From a virus (taxonomy: Duplodnaviria > Caudoviricetes): 64,000 bases of DNA. The position numbers and the translations under genes were made by a program. The stretch covers positions 32,001 through 96,000 of IMG/VR virus record IMGVR_UViG_3300024521_000001. The stretch is one strand, 5' to 3'. A model generated the notes under the pieces. The model was not told the DNA's origin. It searched no databases and worked only from the letters and a program-made list of their open reading frames with translations. Of this stretch, positions 1-11,500 are shown piece after piece. Numbering within the stretch: the stretch's first letter is position 1; each line of letters opens with the position of its first letter.

Positions 1-546
1 GAAACGATTGAGCTCAACCTCCTGCAGGGCCTCCTGGACGCTCTCGGCGGCTTCCCGATCCAGAACGTGATCGACCCCGAACAGCTTGACAGAGATTTGG
101 TCGCGGTGAGGAAAAAGTGCCAGCAGCCTGTCCCGATTGGCAAGGGCCAGATCGGTATCATCTGTGGTGTCAATGGCAGCTATAGACTCAACCGATTCGA
201 CAACGGCTTCGTCCCGGGCGGTGCGGAGCCGACGGTTCTCTTGCTCAGCCTGGATGCGCCTGGTCCTCTCCTGAGCCCGGAACTGAGCCTCTCGGTCCTT
301 GGCTATGGCAAGGGCTTCGTTCTCGGCCAGAAGGTTGGCATCGTCGCGCTTCTTTTGGTCAATGATCTCCTCGATCTTCTCGGTCCAGAGGTCAATCTCT
401 GCCTGTTTCTCACGGATAGCCCGGCCAGCCCCGGCACTCTGCCAAGCTGTCCAGACCACAAAGATGCCAGCAATGATGATGATCCAGACAAAGATGGGCC
501 ACTCGCGGGGGGATCTGACGATGGGCATCCGGACTTCGTTTGTCAT
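1..546 (-). CDS. Membrane-anchored coiled-coil protein, i-spanin (Rz)-like; runs off window end
   Basis: Read manually, not in ORF track: ATG at 546 overlaps the upstream TGA; MTNEVRMPIVRSPREWPIFVWIIIIAGIFVVWTAWQ (TM) then long E/R/A-rich helix; open to position 1; lies in lysis cassette. Confidence 0.65.
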   Translation of the reverse strand, partial: MTNEVRMPIVRSPREWPIFVWIIIIAGIFVVWTAWQSAGAGRAIREKQAEIDLWTEKIEEIIDQKKRDDANLLAENEALAIAKDREAQFRAQERTRRIQAEQENRRLRTARDEAVVESVESIAAIDTTDDTDLALANRDRLLALFPHRDQISVKLFGVDHVLDREAAESVQEALQEVELNRF

Positions 547-869
547 AGTACAGGCGTCTGTACTCGATCAAGTTGCCATTGCCATTTGGTTTCGTCCAGT
601 TCTTCGTTCCATTGCTTGAGCGTCCACCCTCGCGTGTCTAGAGACTTGGCCGTGGCAAGGCATTTATCAGCCATTGTTTCAACCAAACTACGGTGTGGCG
701 ACCACAAGTTGGGTAATCGCTCTCTGTAGTATTGAGGGTTGGCTGTAAAAACCGTCGATCCATCTGATCCCCCGAGAGGAACGGCGCGAACCAAGTAGAT
801 CTGTTTGAACGAGGCCAACAGAGCCAGAGGGCTGACAGTAAAGAGTTTAAGTAGTGTTCTTCTCAGCAT
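543..869 (-). CDS. Hypothetical protein with twin-arginine-like N-terminus
   Basis: MLRRTLLKLFTVSPLALLA; tightly packed between neighbours. Confidence 0.6.
   Translation of the reverse strand: MLRRTLLKLFTVSPLALLASFKQIYLVRAVPLGGSDGSTVFTANPQYYRERLPNLWSPHRSLVETMADKCLATAKSLDTRGWTLKQWNEELDETKWQWQLDRVQTPVL
548..563. promoter_or_regulatory. 16-bp near-palindrome copy 1 (GTACAGGCGTCTGTAC)
   Basis: One of five copies; abuts the ATG at 546. Confidence 0.6.
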
Positions 870-872
870 TTC

Positions 873-1109
873 CTACGGCACTGGCGGGTCGGGTTCACTG
901 TGGTCAACGGGCCTTCGTCGCCGGGGACCATGCCCGTTGCTGACCCAATCCGCTGCGACCTTGGCTCCAGCATACAAGCCGAGGACCGCGATCACAACCG
1001 TCACCCAGGAGCTTTCCCCGATGTAGTCCATGACCAGGAACACTGAGGCTGTGGCAAAGACCAACAAGCTCAAGGCCAGCTTGGTCCTGCTTCGGGCGAA
1101 CCCTCTCAT
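873..1109 (-). CDS. Holin-like two-TM protein
   Basis: 78 aa, two hydrophobic helices, basic C-tail, next to endolysin. Confidence 0.7.
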   Translation of the reverse strand: MRGFARSRTKLALSLLVFATASVFLVMDYIGESSWVTVVIAVLGLYAGAKVAADWVSNGHGPRRRRPVDHSEPDPPVP

Positions 1110-1732
1110 GGCTCCTTGGTCCCATAGCGTAGGGCTTCCTCGACACTCGGCCGCTGCACCTTGGGGCTGGAGAAGCTGCTGATCAGAAGGATCTCTCGCT
1201 TGCTCTGTCGCTTGGAGGCTGCAACGTGGACCCAGGCCGGCTGACCGAAGTCTGGGCCGAACTCGTGAATGAGCTGGTCGATATCGAATCCTTCCAAGCG
1301 CAGACAGATCACGGCAAAGAGGTAGAAGTTCGCGTTGACTCCGTGACGGACCTCAAAGCCCGTCTTCTCCCGGATCTGCTCCTCGATCCTCCAACGGATC
1401 AGGGCGGTATCTGGATCACTGAGGAAGTTCCGGGACACCCCCAGGTCCCCGGCCTCACCGATAAGGTGCTGCGAAGATGGAGTGCTGCCTACGGCCTCGT
1501 TGACTCCCGGACCTCGGTAGCCACTGGACACCCTGATCGGATAGGAGAGGGCGTTGCGTATAGGCTGGATGGCTGTCTCAACCAGGTACTCCAGGCTCTC
1601 CACGACCTTGTCGGGGGGATTGAACTGCTCCTCCATCCACTCATCGTTACGCTCTGCCGTTTGAGATCGGAGGAACTCATGCAGCGTGAAGTGAGAAGAG
1701 AGGTTGCGGTTACCAATCACTCGAGTTCGCAC
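1106..1732 (-). CDS. Endolysin, peptidase M15A family
   Basis: LSSHFTLHEF, SSGYRG, SSQHLIGEAGD, DQLIHE..WVHV motifs. Confidence 0.85.
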   Translation of the reverse strand: MRTRVIGNRNLSSHFTLHEFLRSQTAERNDEWMEEQFNPPDKVVESLEYLVETAIQPIRNALSYPIRVSSGYRGPGVNEAVGSTPSSQHLIGEAGDLGVSRNFLSDPDTALIRWRIEEQIREKTGFEVRHGVNANFYLFAVICLRLEGFDIDQLIHEFGPDFGQPAWVHVAASKRQSKREILLISSFSSPKVQRPSVEEALRYGTKEP

Positions 1733-1956
1733 TGACTGAGGATATCTTCGCTGTCCTCGTCTACCTCAGCCGTTCCGTTGTAGGTCCAGGTCGTAGGGGC
1801 CGGGTCCAATTCCTCGGGACACCATACTACCGAGCCGCCGTCCTCAGACGTATAGACGTGGACGGTGACCAGTACTGCCGGGGCAGCTGGCCCTCCATTA
1901 CAGCCCGAAAAACCCATTAGGACAGTCACTAAAATTAGCTTGTTGACTAAATTCAT
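1717..1956 (-). CDS. Small lipoprotein (possible o-spanin)
   Basis: Signal peptide ending in lipobox-like FSGC; Pro-rich; in lysis cassette. Confidence 0.55.
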   Translation of the reverse strand: MNLVNKLILVTVLMGFSGCNGGPAAPAVLVTVHVYTSEDGGSVVWCPEELDPAPTTWTYNGTAEVDEDSEDILSQCELE

Positions 1957-1965
1957 GATCCCTCC

Positions 1966-2514
1966 TTAGTCGTCGTCTTTTTTGGTCTCAACATGAACCG
2001 GCTCCAAGGCCACGTCGATCTCGCTGCCTGAAGCCTCCAGTGCCTCGCCAGCCCTTTTACTCAGGCGCATCAAGATATCGGGGTCATCCCGGAAGGAACG
2101 CTCCTCGATCTTGACCTTTACTCGCACGTCACCAGGATCGGTGTAATTGGTGATCCAGACTTCCTGGCCTGGACGGAATCTCAAGGCTTGCGACTTGGTA
2201 TTGATGGCCGCGCTCAGCTCGTCACCTGTGGTCCGGACCTGGGCGATCCCGGTCAGCATCTTGAGGTAGGTCAGGTCTTGCTGGATCTGCTGGAGCTGCC
2301 TCTCCTCCTCGACATTGTGAGCGTTCATGGCTGTCGTCATTGTGGCGATCTGGGCAGCGTTATCCTTTGACCTGCCCACAGCTCCCCAAATGTCACTACC
2401 CCAGGCGAAGGCTGCACCCCCGCTGCCGCTGCCGACAAGCAGCCAAATGATAACTCTCAAGCTCATGTTTTCCACGACCTTGGTTTTGAAGCTTTTGTGG
2501 TTAATGTCATTCAT
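1966..2514 (-). CDS. Membrane protein with coiled coil and RlpA-like DPBB domain (degenerate)
   Basis: N-terminal hydrophobic/Gly segment; ELSAA..FRPGQEVWITN..VRVKVKIEERSF..ILMRLSKRAGEAL aligns by eye with RlpA. Confidence 0.55.
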   Translation of the reverse strand: MNDINHKSFKTKVVENMSLRVIIWLLVGSGSGGAAFAWGSDIWGAVGRSKDNAAQIATMTTAMNAHNVEEERQLQQIQQDLTYLKMLTGIAQVRTTGDELSAAINTKSQALRFRPGQEVWITNYTDPGDVRVKVKIEERSFRDDPDILMRLSKRAGEALEASGSEIDVALEPVHVETKKDDD

Positions 2515-2532
2515 ACAAACCTCCTTCTTCGG

Positions 2533-5500
2533 CTAGGGGGTTGGTGGTAGTTCGGTCGGGACTTCCGGTGTGACCGGAATATTTTCCGGAGTTACCGGAA
2601 TTGGTTCCATCTGCATCCTCGCTCCGGAACGAGTGGCTTTGAATCTGGATTGATTTCTCTCCCAATACAGTTGGTTGAGTTGGGTGTTTATCTCCTCCAG
2701 GTTTTTTACGCCTGGCATAGCTCTTGCAGCTTCGAGAAGACTTATTTTCATCCTTAAACTGTCCAGCCTTTGGGCAATGTTTTTTATGTCCATTGAGGGG
2801 CCAGGCTGCTCTTGAATGACTTTCAATTTGGACCAAAAAGCCGCTGGATCTTCATCTACGAGTTGAGCTTCGATGGCAGCATCCGTCGCTGCTTCGTATT
2901 TGTCGCCCAATTCCATGTTCACTCGACCCGCTGCATACGCCAGCATCTCATCTGGGTTCGGCGCGATACCTTTTTTGTCCACAGCGTCCCGAGCAATGTG
3001 CCTCTTTGCGACATTGAAATCCGAGACTTTCTGTTTCTGTTTCACAGGATCCAAAGCTCGCTGCACATGGTTAATCATGATTATGGTGTCGTGGGCGTCC
3101 TCCAACACTTGTCTGTAGTGCCGCTGATTGGTTGTTTCCGACTCCCCTTTATTCTTTTGGCCGTTGAATCGCCGTTGTTCCCGCGACAAATCCTCGTAGA
3201 AAGTGTCAACAGCCAAAGATCGTCTTCCCTCACGCCCACCTGGACGCACTAGCGAACTGAGTATGGGTACTCCTTCGAGCTCCTTAAGGGAAATCCTTCG
3301 ACTTGGAACACCTAGACCTAGAGTGTCTAAAATGTCAGGACCAAGCCCTCCAAAGAAACCTCTAATCGCATGGTCTATCCTTCTCGGGGAAGCCTGATTG
3401 GGAAACATATCACCAAGCATTCCAGCGAGTTTTGAGGTATAAGGTCCACGTTGGTCGCCGGGGGGATCGTTCAACTCACCGATGGGAACGATTGGGGAGT
3501 TTGTGAAAAACCGCTCGTTCGCAAATTGCTCCAGGACTACGTCCGGAATGACCGGGAGTGCCGCAGGATTTACTTGTTCCGACCATTGACCGAAGACTTC
3601 TATAATAGCTTCAGGATCTTGCCGATACATAGCGTCCCAGATTGCCTCCGGAACCGCAGTAAAGATAGTTCCCCATTCAAAGCCTCGTGGAATTTGCCAG
3701 ATGTGTTTGCCATCGTCGATGTTCCAGTAGGTGAATCGCTCCCAATAGGGCATGTCCGTGTACCACTCTTCGTCCTTGTTCAACCACCAAAGCGCAAGGG
3801 TGAGACTGGTCAAGCCCATCACTCCTCGAATGACCGTCCTTTTCGGCTTGCTCTTGAACGTCCTGAGTGTGAGGCGAGTACCTTGAATCTGTGCATTGAA
3901 GAACGGAACGGCCTGGTTGACTGCCTGGCCGACGCTTCCTCCTGCGGAGAAATCAACGGTGACCCGCTTTGTATCCAAGAGCAGCTGCAAGGATTGGGCG
4001 AAGGACATGGGTTGCCCTGGCTTCCAGCCCATTTCTTTTGCCCGAAGTTTCAGTTCGGCTGTTCTTGTGGCTGACTCTGGGATCTGCATGATCTCTCGTA
4101 AGTGATCAATAGGGTTCGTGACGACCTTCATAACCCGTCCTCGGAATAATCTCTTAGCGGCTCTCCTGGTAAATCGAATGTCTATACCAAGAGGCTGAGA
4201 GACTTCCGCTCCAAGCCGACGCATCAGATCGTAATGTTCTGATTGTTTTCCATGCCTAATAATGTCCTGCATCTGGAAGGTCCAGGCAGCGGCCAGCTCT
4301 GCTGGATTGGCATTACTCGCTGTCTGCATGAAAAAGGTCTGAAGATCTCGGGCGGGATTCCGTACCCAGGCAAAGGAAGCCCGTAATCCAGTCGTTCCAA
4401 GACGGAACAATCTCGCCGGTTTACCGAGGACAATATCCCATCCTTTAGGAAGGCGGTAAACATCCAACCCCGACAAGGACGCGTACAGTTCCGGATCAAT
4501 CTGAAACCATCTTACGACTCCGTTTTCCACAAGCGGAATGATCGGGTCCATCCCTTTCGGGTGTTGAGCGGGGATGAAAAAAGTCAGGATCGAATCCAGG
4601 GTTTCTTCGGGGGATTCTAGTTTCTGGAATCCCTCAGCCTTGAGCAGAACATCTTCTGCTGTTTCACCGATTTCGATTCCCTTTTGTTTCAGAACACCAA
4701 GAACCTGTGCCGTACTTATGGTGACTGGAACAACCCCACGATCGACTTCCTCGATCATATGGCCCATTCCTTCGATGTGTCTCAACTTCAGGATTTGATC
4801 AATGATAATTCGTTGATGGGTTTTAAGGATGATATTTGTAGCATTCTCTATCATCACTTCAAAGGGATCTCTGATTCTGCGCCCGGAACCTCTCATTCTG
4901 TTGGTGATGCTTCCGGTCGACCATCCCCCGCGAAGTCTCCTGACGTAGCCAGAGTCTATATCGTCCAACACGCGGGCCAAGGGGATGTAGTCTTGGCTTC
5001 CCTCTATGATTTTATCGAGGGCTTGCTGTGTGATTAAACCACCTTGAACAGCGTAATTGAGTACCCCCCGATTCCACTCATAGACCTTCTGGGCAGCTCT
5101 CTGAAATTCCGGAGTCTCAAAATGTTCTACAAGAAATTCAGCATCGTTTTTCGAGATTCCAGGGTTCTTATTCTCCTTCCATCTTTCTATGGCACGCCTA
5201 CCCCAGAGATAAAGAGTAAATTCTTCTCTCTGATCTTTCACCAAGGCTCCAGCATCTTCCAGACTCGGCCCAACAGGAACGCCAGCGATATTGATCATAT
5301 GATCTTCAACCATGTAGGCCGCTCTTGCAGTATGGGTGTGGCGAAGGGCATGAAATGTCAACTCTGGATTTTCCTCAATCGCTATCCCTGATCCTTTCAG
5401 GGTTGTAGCAATGCTGGTCAAATGCTCATATGCGGATCCGGCCTCGACCCATTTTTGATAGGAGAACAGATCCAGGATTGAAAGAAGTCTCTGCTTGACG

Positions 5501-8500
5501 GTCGGAGTGATAGCGGCCTTCATTGCTTTGCCCCGCTGCACAGCACCTTGAAGTCGCCATTTGGTAACGGCTGACTTGGCTTCGTTGAAGGCGTCCGCGA
5601 TCTTTGGGTTGTCCTTCAGGAACTCCTTAACAAACCATCTGTGGGTCTGAGGGGCTTTTCGAGCTGCTTCAATATCGGTTGTCAGTTCGAGTCGGATGAA
5701 CTCAGCAAATCCTTCGCGCTTGTATCCACCCTCCGGGTGCTTGCTTTTGTATAAGTCCTTCCCCATTTTCACGAGTTCAGCCCGCACTACCGGAGGACGA
5801 GTTTCCCAATGGCTTTTTGATCCTCTGAGGTATCCGAATACTGCTTTATCAAGTGCATGGCCCATCTCATGGGCAGCAGTTGGAAGGTTGTTCGCAACTC
5901 TCAATCGAATGACTTCTGCTAAAACCTTGAAGATACCTCTGGCCTTCTTCCTAAACCTGTGTAAGCGGAACGGAACTGTTCGATCGGCCGCGGTGAGCAC
6001 ATTCTCGAAAGACTTAATGATCTCAGGTGCACCCATTGGCTTACCCTTATCCGTCAGTTGGTCTAGCATTTCCATTTCCATATCCCGTTCTGCATTGAAT
6101 CCCAGGATTGGATCTTCCACATTCTGCTGAAAATCCGCTGGAAGCTGGTCTAAACCAAACCCTGTTGCAGACTCCGTTTTGAACGGGAACAACACTTGTT
6201 CTGGTGATGCTGGAAGCACAGAAGCAATTCCTGGAGCACCACCACCCTCTGGAGAAGGAGGTAATGTTCCAGGTTCCGCTGTCTCTCCGGGCATGACATC
6301 GGGATCACCGTATGTAGCGGCCTCCGGACGTACATCTGGCTGCATGCCAGTCCTGTCTTTAACCGCTTTGTGGCGTTCGAGGAGTCGCCCGAGAGCGTTT
6401 GGACCTTCGACTGAATCAAGCGGAATGAAAAATCTCCGCTTGTAATCAATCTTTTCTGATTTCAAACCAAAGGTTTCCAGTTCCTCCTTGTTGTAATTTC
6501 TACCAGCATCCAGCTCCATGCGATCTTCTCTTTTAACCTTGGTCATGAGAAGTCGCCAACCGTTGTCCAGCTCGATCATCGACTTGTTGTTCAAGACCAA
6601 GTCGTAGATTTCCTGTGCTGTGGCATTACCTAACGGAGTACCGATGCCAAGTCTCTGCTTAAGCCCTCCTATTTCTCCGGGTTGGACCGCAATACCAATG
6701 TGAGAGCTACCGTCGTCCAGAGTTGCTCGAACCACACCCAAGCGTCTGATCTGCTCGTCTCCCGTGACCTTGTCATAGATCGGGAAAATGGGTGCTGTTA
6801 GAAGGTGAACCGGTTTCTTTACGCTATCGGGGATCTCGGAGTATTCTTTGTTCCATTGTGTTTCAGCGGCTGCTTCCTCCAGTTGGGTGAAGTTCTGATC
6901 TTCCTCAAGTTGGTAAGCCTCGACCTCATGTGCATTTCCTGTAGGACTTGAGAGGAGGACCTGGGCCTGATAACCCTCTTTCCCGGCCTGAAGTGCTTGA
7001 TGGCTCCATTTTGATTTCTCGGTTCTGTGAGCAACGTAGATCTTCTCGCTCCGCTTATTGACGTAATAGCCCATCGGCCTAGTCGTCATAGGACTGTCGC
7101 CAAAAGCCATCTTCGGTACGGGAAAGTCCCCTTCAAGCTCGATGAGAACAGTCTCAGCCTTGGATTCCGGGTGGGTATAAACAACTTCTGGCTTGCTTTT
7201 CAGCACAAGGCTAGTTGGACGACGGTTGCGCTCGTCGGTGACTGGTGTCACTCCAACGTCAAAGGTTCCATCTTGTTTCGCTATTTGAGATATGCGCTGA
7301 TACTCGGCATAGAAATGTTCAAAGACACTGTTTTGAACATCAACGTGAAGGGCCATGATCCGATTGAGAAAGCGATTCACATCCGTTAAGTGCGCCCTTC
7401 TGAGCTTGCCATCGGCCGACGCAATTCCCATCCGCTGTAGGAGCTGCATCCCTGTCTTCACACCGTCAATGGCGTCCCTCTGTATCGCTCTGTAGGTCTC
7501 AGAAAGGGCCGCTTCTCCGTACTGGTCGGTAATGTCTTCGACTTCAAAGAGGCTTCCACCGAGCGTTTCCCGACCGCCCTTAGTTAAAGCACCAAGGCTT
7601 GCCAGTCGTTTAGCTACGGTATTGATCAGGCGTTCTTGGCCGCGTAAGTTGGTCCTAAGTAACTTGATGATCGGAGCCTCAGCCTGAAAAGAACGATGCA
7701 CTCGGCCAAAGGCTTGCATCTGTTGATCCGCGCTCCAACTGAGCTGCATCGCGTAGAAAACACGACGTTGTTGGTTCTTTGCGGTTTTGTCAGAGTGTAG
7801 AGAAATGCCCGTCGAAGCTGCGCCGGTGATGATGGCAATTCTCACGTCCTGATTTTGAAATCTGGCAGTCTCGTGTAAGTTGAGATCTTTGAAAGAGACA
7901 CCCTTTATGCTTCGACGTTCGGGTTTACCGTTTACTATTCTGCGGGGACGACCGGAGATCTCTGCAATGTTGCTCACGCCGAAGTGATCGACGATCTCAT
8001 CCATAGGATTGACAGGAAGTTGGATATCAGAGACCTTGTCAATTAAGTCTTGTTGCTTCGCCAAGTTTTCTCTGTTGATGAGAGGTTCACCGTCCTGAAG
8101 AACCGGAACTGGACTCGTTCTCCCGGTCGCTGGATCGTACTTATCCTCGTATTGTTCGAGCGGGAATTGGCTCTCGATCAGTTGCACGATCATTTCTCTG
8201 GGCGTGAGATCCAGATTCTCTGCATCTTCCCCTGCTGCTGTGGCTTTCGTGATCGCTCGATCCGTTTGAGCTTGATTGGTGTTATAGAGACTGATCACCG
8301 TAGATCTTCCAGCTGCCAGATCCTTATCCGCAGCAGCAAGTAAATCAGGCAACTGATAACTCATCATGAGCTGGAGGAAAAACTGCTGCTGCCTGGCGTA
8401 GAACTGACTAAATGCAGTCCCGCCTTTTTTCTGACCGGCGTTTTCCTGTGCTTCCTCAAACGCTGTTAGGAGATCGTCCCACAGATCAGCCATTTGGTTG

Positions 8501-11500
8501 TATTGTCCGACCTGGAGATCGTTGAGGTCATGGGTGATGGTCTCGTAATCAACGCCCTTATAACTGATTGACCGGCTAATGTAAGCACCGATCGACTTCA
8601 GGTCTCGGGAAAGCATTTCCATGGCCCCGATACCACCCCGCGTCATGGCCCCGAGAAAGTCTATGAAGGTACTGAAAGGACCTCCAGCTCCCCATAGTCC
8701 AAGACGCTGCATGTAACCCATATTGCGCGGGACGGTAGCTCCTGTGGCGCTCACATAGACTATTTTGGCCTTGGGGAACGCTTCTTGTACGCTGAGTCCC
8801 ATAGCCCCACGATCGGTCCCGGCCTTATCACTGACAGTCCCGCCATGCCCCGTACCGATAGCGTTCTTCATGGCATGAGCCTCATCGAAGACAATGACAC
8901 CGTCGAAATCTTTGCCTAGCCAGCTCTCTAGCTGCTTGTAACGGGCTTTTGTGCCTTTCCACCCATGCGCGAGTAGAGAATAAGTTGTGAAAAGCACCCC
9001 GTCTTCATCGGCGATCTGATCTTTTGTCTTAGTGATGCCATGATGGATCAGGTCCATTGGCACACCGACGCCTTTAAGATCTCTTTCGGCATCGGCTCTT
9101 AATTGGTGAGAAACGGAGACCCAAACGGCCCTCTTTCGTCCCCGGTTGAAATTGTCGTAGATGATCCCGCCAACTTCTCTACCTTTCCCGACCCCTGTTC
9201 CATCTCCGATCCAGTACCCAGGTGTTTTGCCATCAGCCATGGTCTGAGAATGCCTTTGCCCTGCGTAGGTGACAGCTTCCATCTGTACGTCGCTCAGTCT
9301 GCCTTCTTGGACTACTTCAGGTGGTAGGTTTGGAGTGTAGGTAACGTCTGGAGCTAGGACACTAGCCATCGTTGAACTCTCAACGATATCGGCAGGATGA
9401 GGTTGGGAACCTTCGAAGAGGGCTTTTTGAACGGTGTAGGCCGAGAAGACTTCTTCTTCTTCTACAGCGGATTGACGAGCTTCTTCAATGCGCGTTAAAC
9501 CGGGAGATACAGGTCCAACTCGTCCAGCACCAGGACCACCAGGCTCGCCGCCCACGTCGCCAGGTCTTCTTCCTTCTCCGGTATCGGGCTGTCTTCCCGT
9601 AACATCAGCTTCTCCAACTCCCGCAACAGGACCTTCGGATTCCGGTTCCACACGGCCAGCCACCGGTCCCACTGTGCCGGTGACGGCTCCCCCGACCCCG
9701 GTGGGAGTTGGAGGGATGCGTTCTCGTCCCCCAGGGCCTCTGCCAGTAGCACCAGGAGAGGGTACTCCTTCGGGAGCGGGACTCGGCCGAACTCCTCCTG
9801 GAGTAGCTGGAATGCCCGCTTGTTCTGCTGGTTTAGAAAGTCGCCCACTTATATCCTCTTTGGCTAAAGGTCCAAGGAGTTTGAGAGCCTCTTTGGGTGA
9901 TAAGTCTTTCCCTAGTATAACATTATTGAGCTGATCTATGCGGGTATCGCCTGGAGTTGGACCCGTCTTGTCAATGACAATGATGTTGTTATCAAAAGTA
10001 GTTCCATACTTCGCATAGTGCTTCCCACTGATCCCGATGTTGGCCCGAACAGTGTACTTACCTTCTATCTTTTTCCACCACTTCTGAAAGTTGGGCCTGT
10101 CGTGGGCCATTCCTTGCCCTACAATGGCCACCAGTCGACCGCCTTCATTTAGCCTAATCAACGCCTGTTCAACGTGCTTTGCGCCATGTAGCGTAGCGTG
10201 GCCCTTGGTTTTACCCCCTGTTGCGGAGAAGGGTGGGTTCATTACGATAACGTCAGGTTGGATTTTCGGGTCAAGAGTGCTGTTCAAAAGCTCTGCATCC
10301 ACTTGTTCTGTTTTGAACCCTTGGTTTCTGAGGATCTGGGCCCGTCGATCGGTGAGTTCATTGACAGAAACATTGGCGCCGGCCAGTCGCATTTGTACGG
10401 CGATATTTCCAGTTCCTGCCGATGGCTCTAACGCAGTCATTCCAGGCGTGATACCGGCTGCATAGGTAGCGGTAAAAGCCTGACCAGGAGGAGTGCTGAA
10501 CTGTTGAAACTCCTCTTTCTCTGTAGTTCTATCTGTTTGCCTGGGTAATCGAGCGGTGATCTCCAGCAATCTGTCGTAGGTCCCCTCCGGATCGTTGAAA
10601 TCTACGATGGCGGGATCCGCTGCCTCGATCATCATATTGACACCGGCTTCGGCGGCATCCTGAGAATCACTTGGAGTGTATTTCCCTTCTCCCTTCTCTC
10701 CTCCAAATGCCTCGTTTGCGATCTCTGTGAGCCTGGGGTTGCCAATGGTTTCGCCAGCTGCCAGTTCGTCCTGGATGGTCTGAGCAATCAGCTGGTGAGG
10801 ATTGAGTCCTTCCCCGGCTTCTAACTCAGCCTCCTCTTTCATGTCTTTTTCCAGTTCCCTAATAGCTCCTAATAACTCGGCTTCTCTTCCAGTAAGCCCC
10901 TTCAATCCGGTTTCCTCTGGCGTGGGAGCTATGGCTGCTGTCGGTTCCTGCCTAGAGACTTCGCTCACAGGGACGCTTGTGGCCCCTACTGCCCCCGTTG
11001 CAAGCGAGACCATCTCTACCCCTTCATCGTTAACGAAGGTATCCATCACATCGACTTCCTTGCCTTTGTAGATGACCGTCTCTCCCGTGGCGATAGGCAA
11101 AGGTGTTACGCCTAGAGGTGTCATACCAGGGATGGCCTCAACTTGAGGGGTTACTGGCTTTTTGGCTGCTGGCTTTTTGGCTGCTGGCTTGTCAGGCGTG
11201 GGAGCTATTGCAGTAGGTAAGACCTCTTCTACTGGCGGTGTCCCTCTCGCGGGGACCCCAAACCGTTCTGCAATTTCATCAACCTGTTTTCGGATAACCT
11301 TGGAGGCAACGATAGTCTTAGGAGGAAAAGGAATTTCAGTTCCAGCTCCATACCTCCAGTTCGTGTATTCCCCCGCCCATCGTTTCTGCTCGGGGGACCT
11401 TAAACCGTCGACGTATTCCGCGCTCGCCTGACGCGCCTGATCCAAGGGAACTGGAGGTGCTACGGCCTCTTCAGCCGGGGTAACCACAGAAGCCACCTCT

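Noticed and set aside
548-563. Palindrome as a LexA box
   Set aside because: GTAC-N8-GTAC with a conserved centre matches no LexA box I know (CTGT-N8-ACAG, GAAC-N4-GTTC, GTAC-N4 types), and several copies are intragenic
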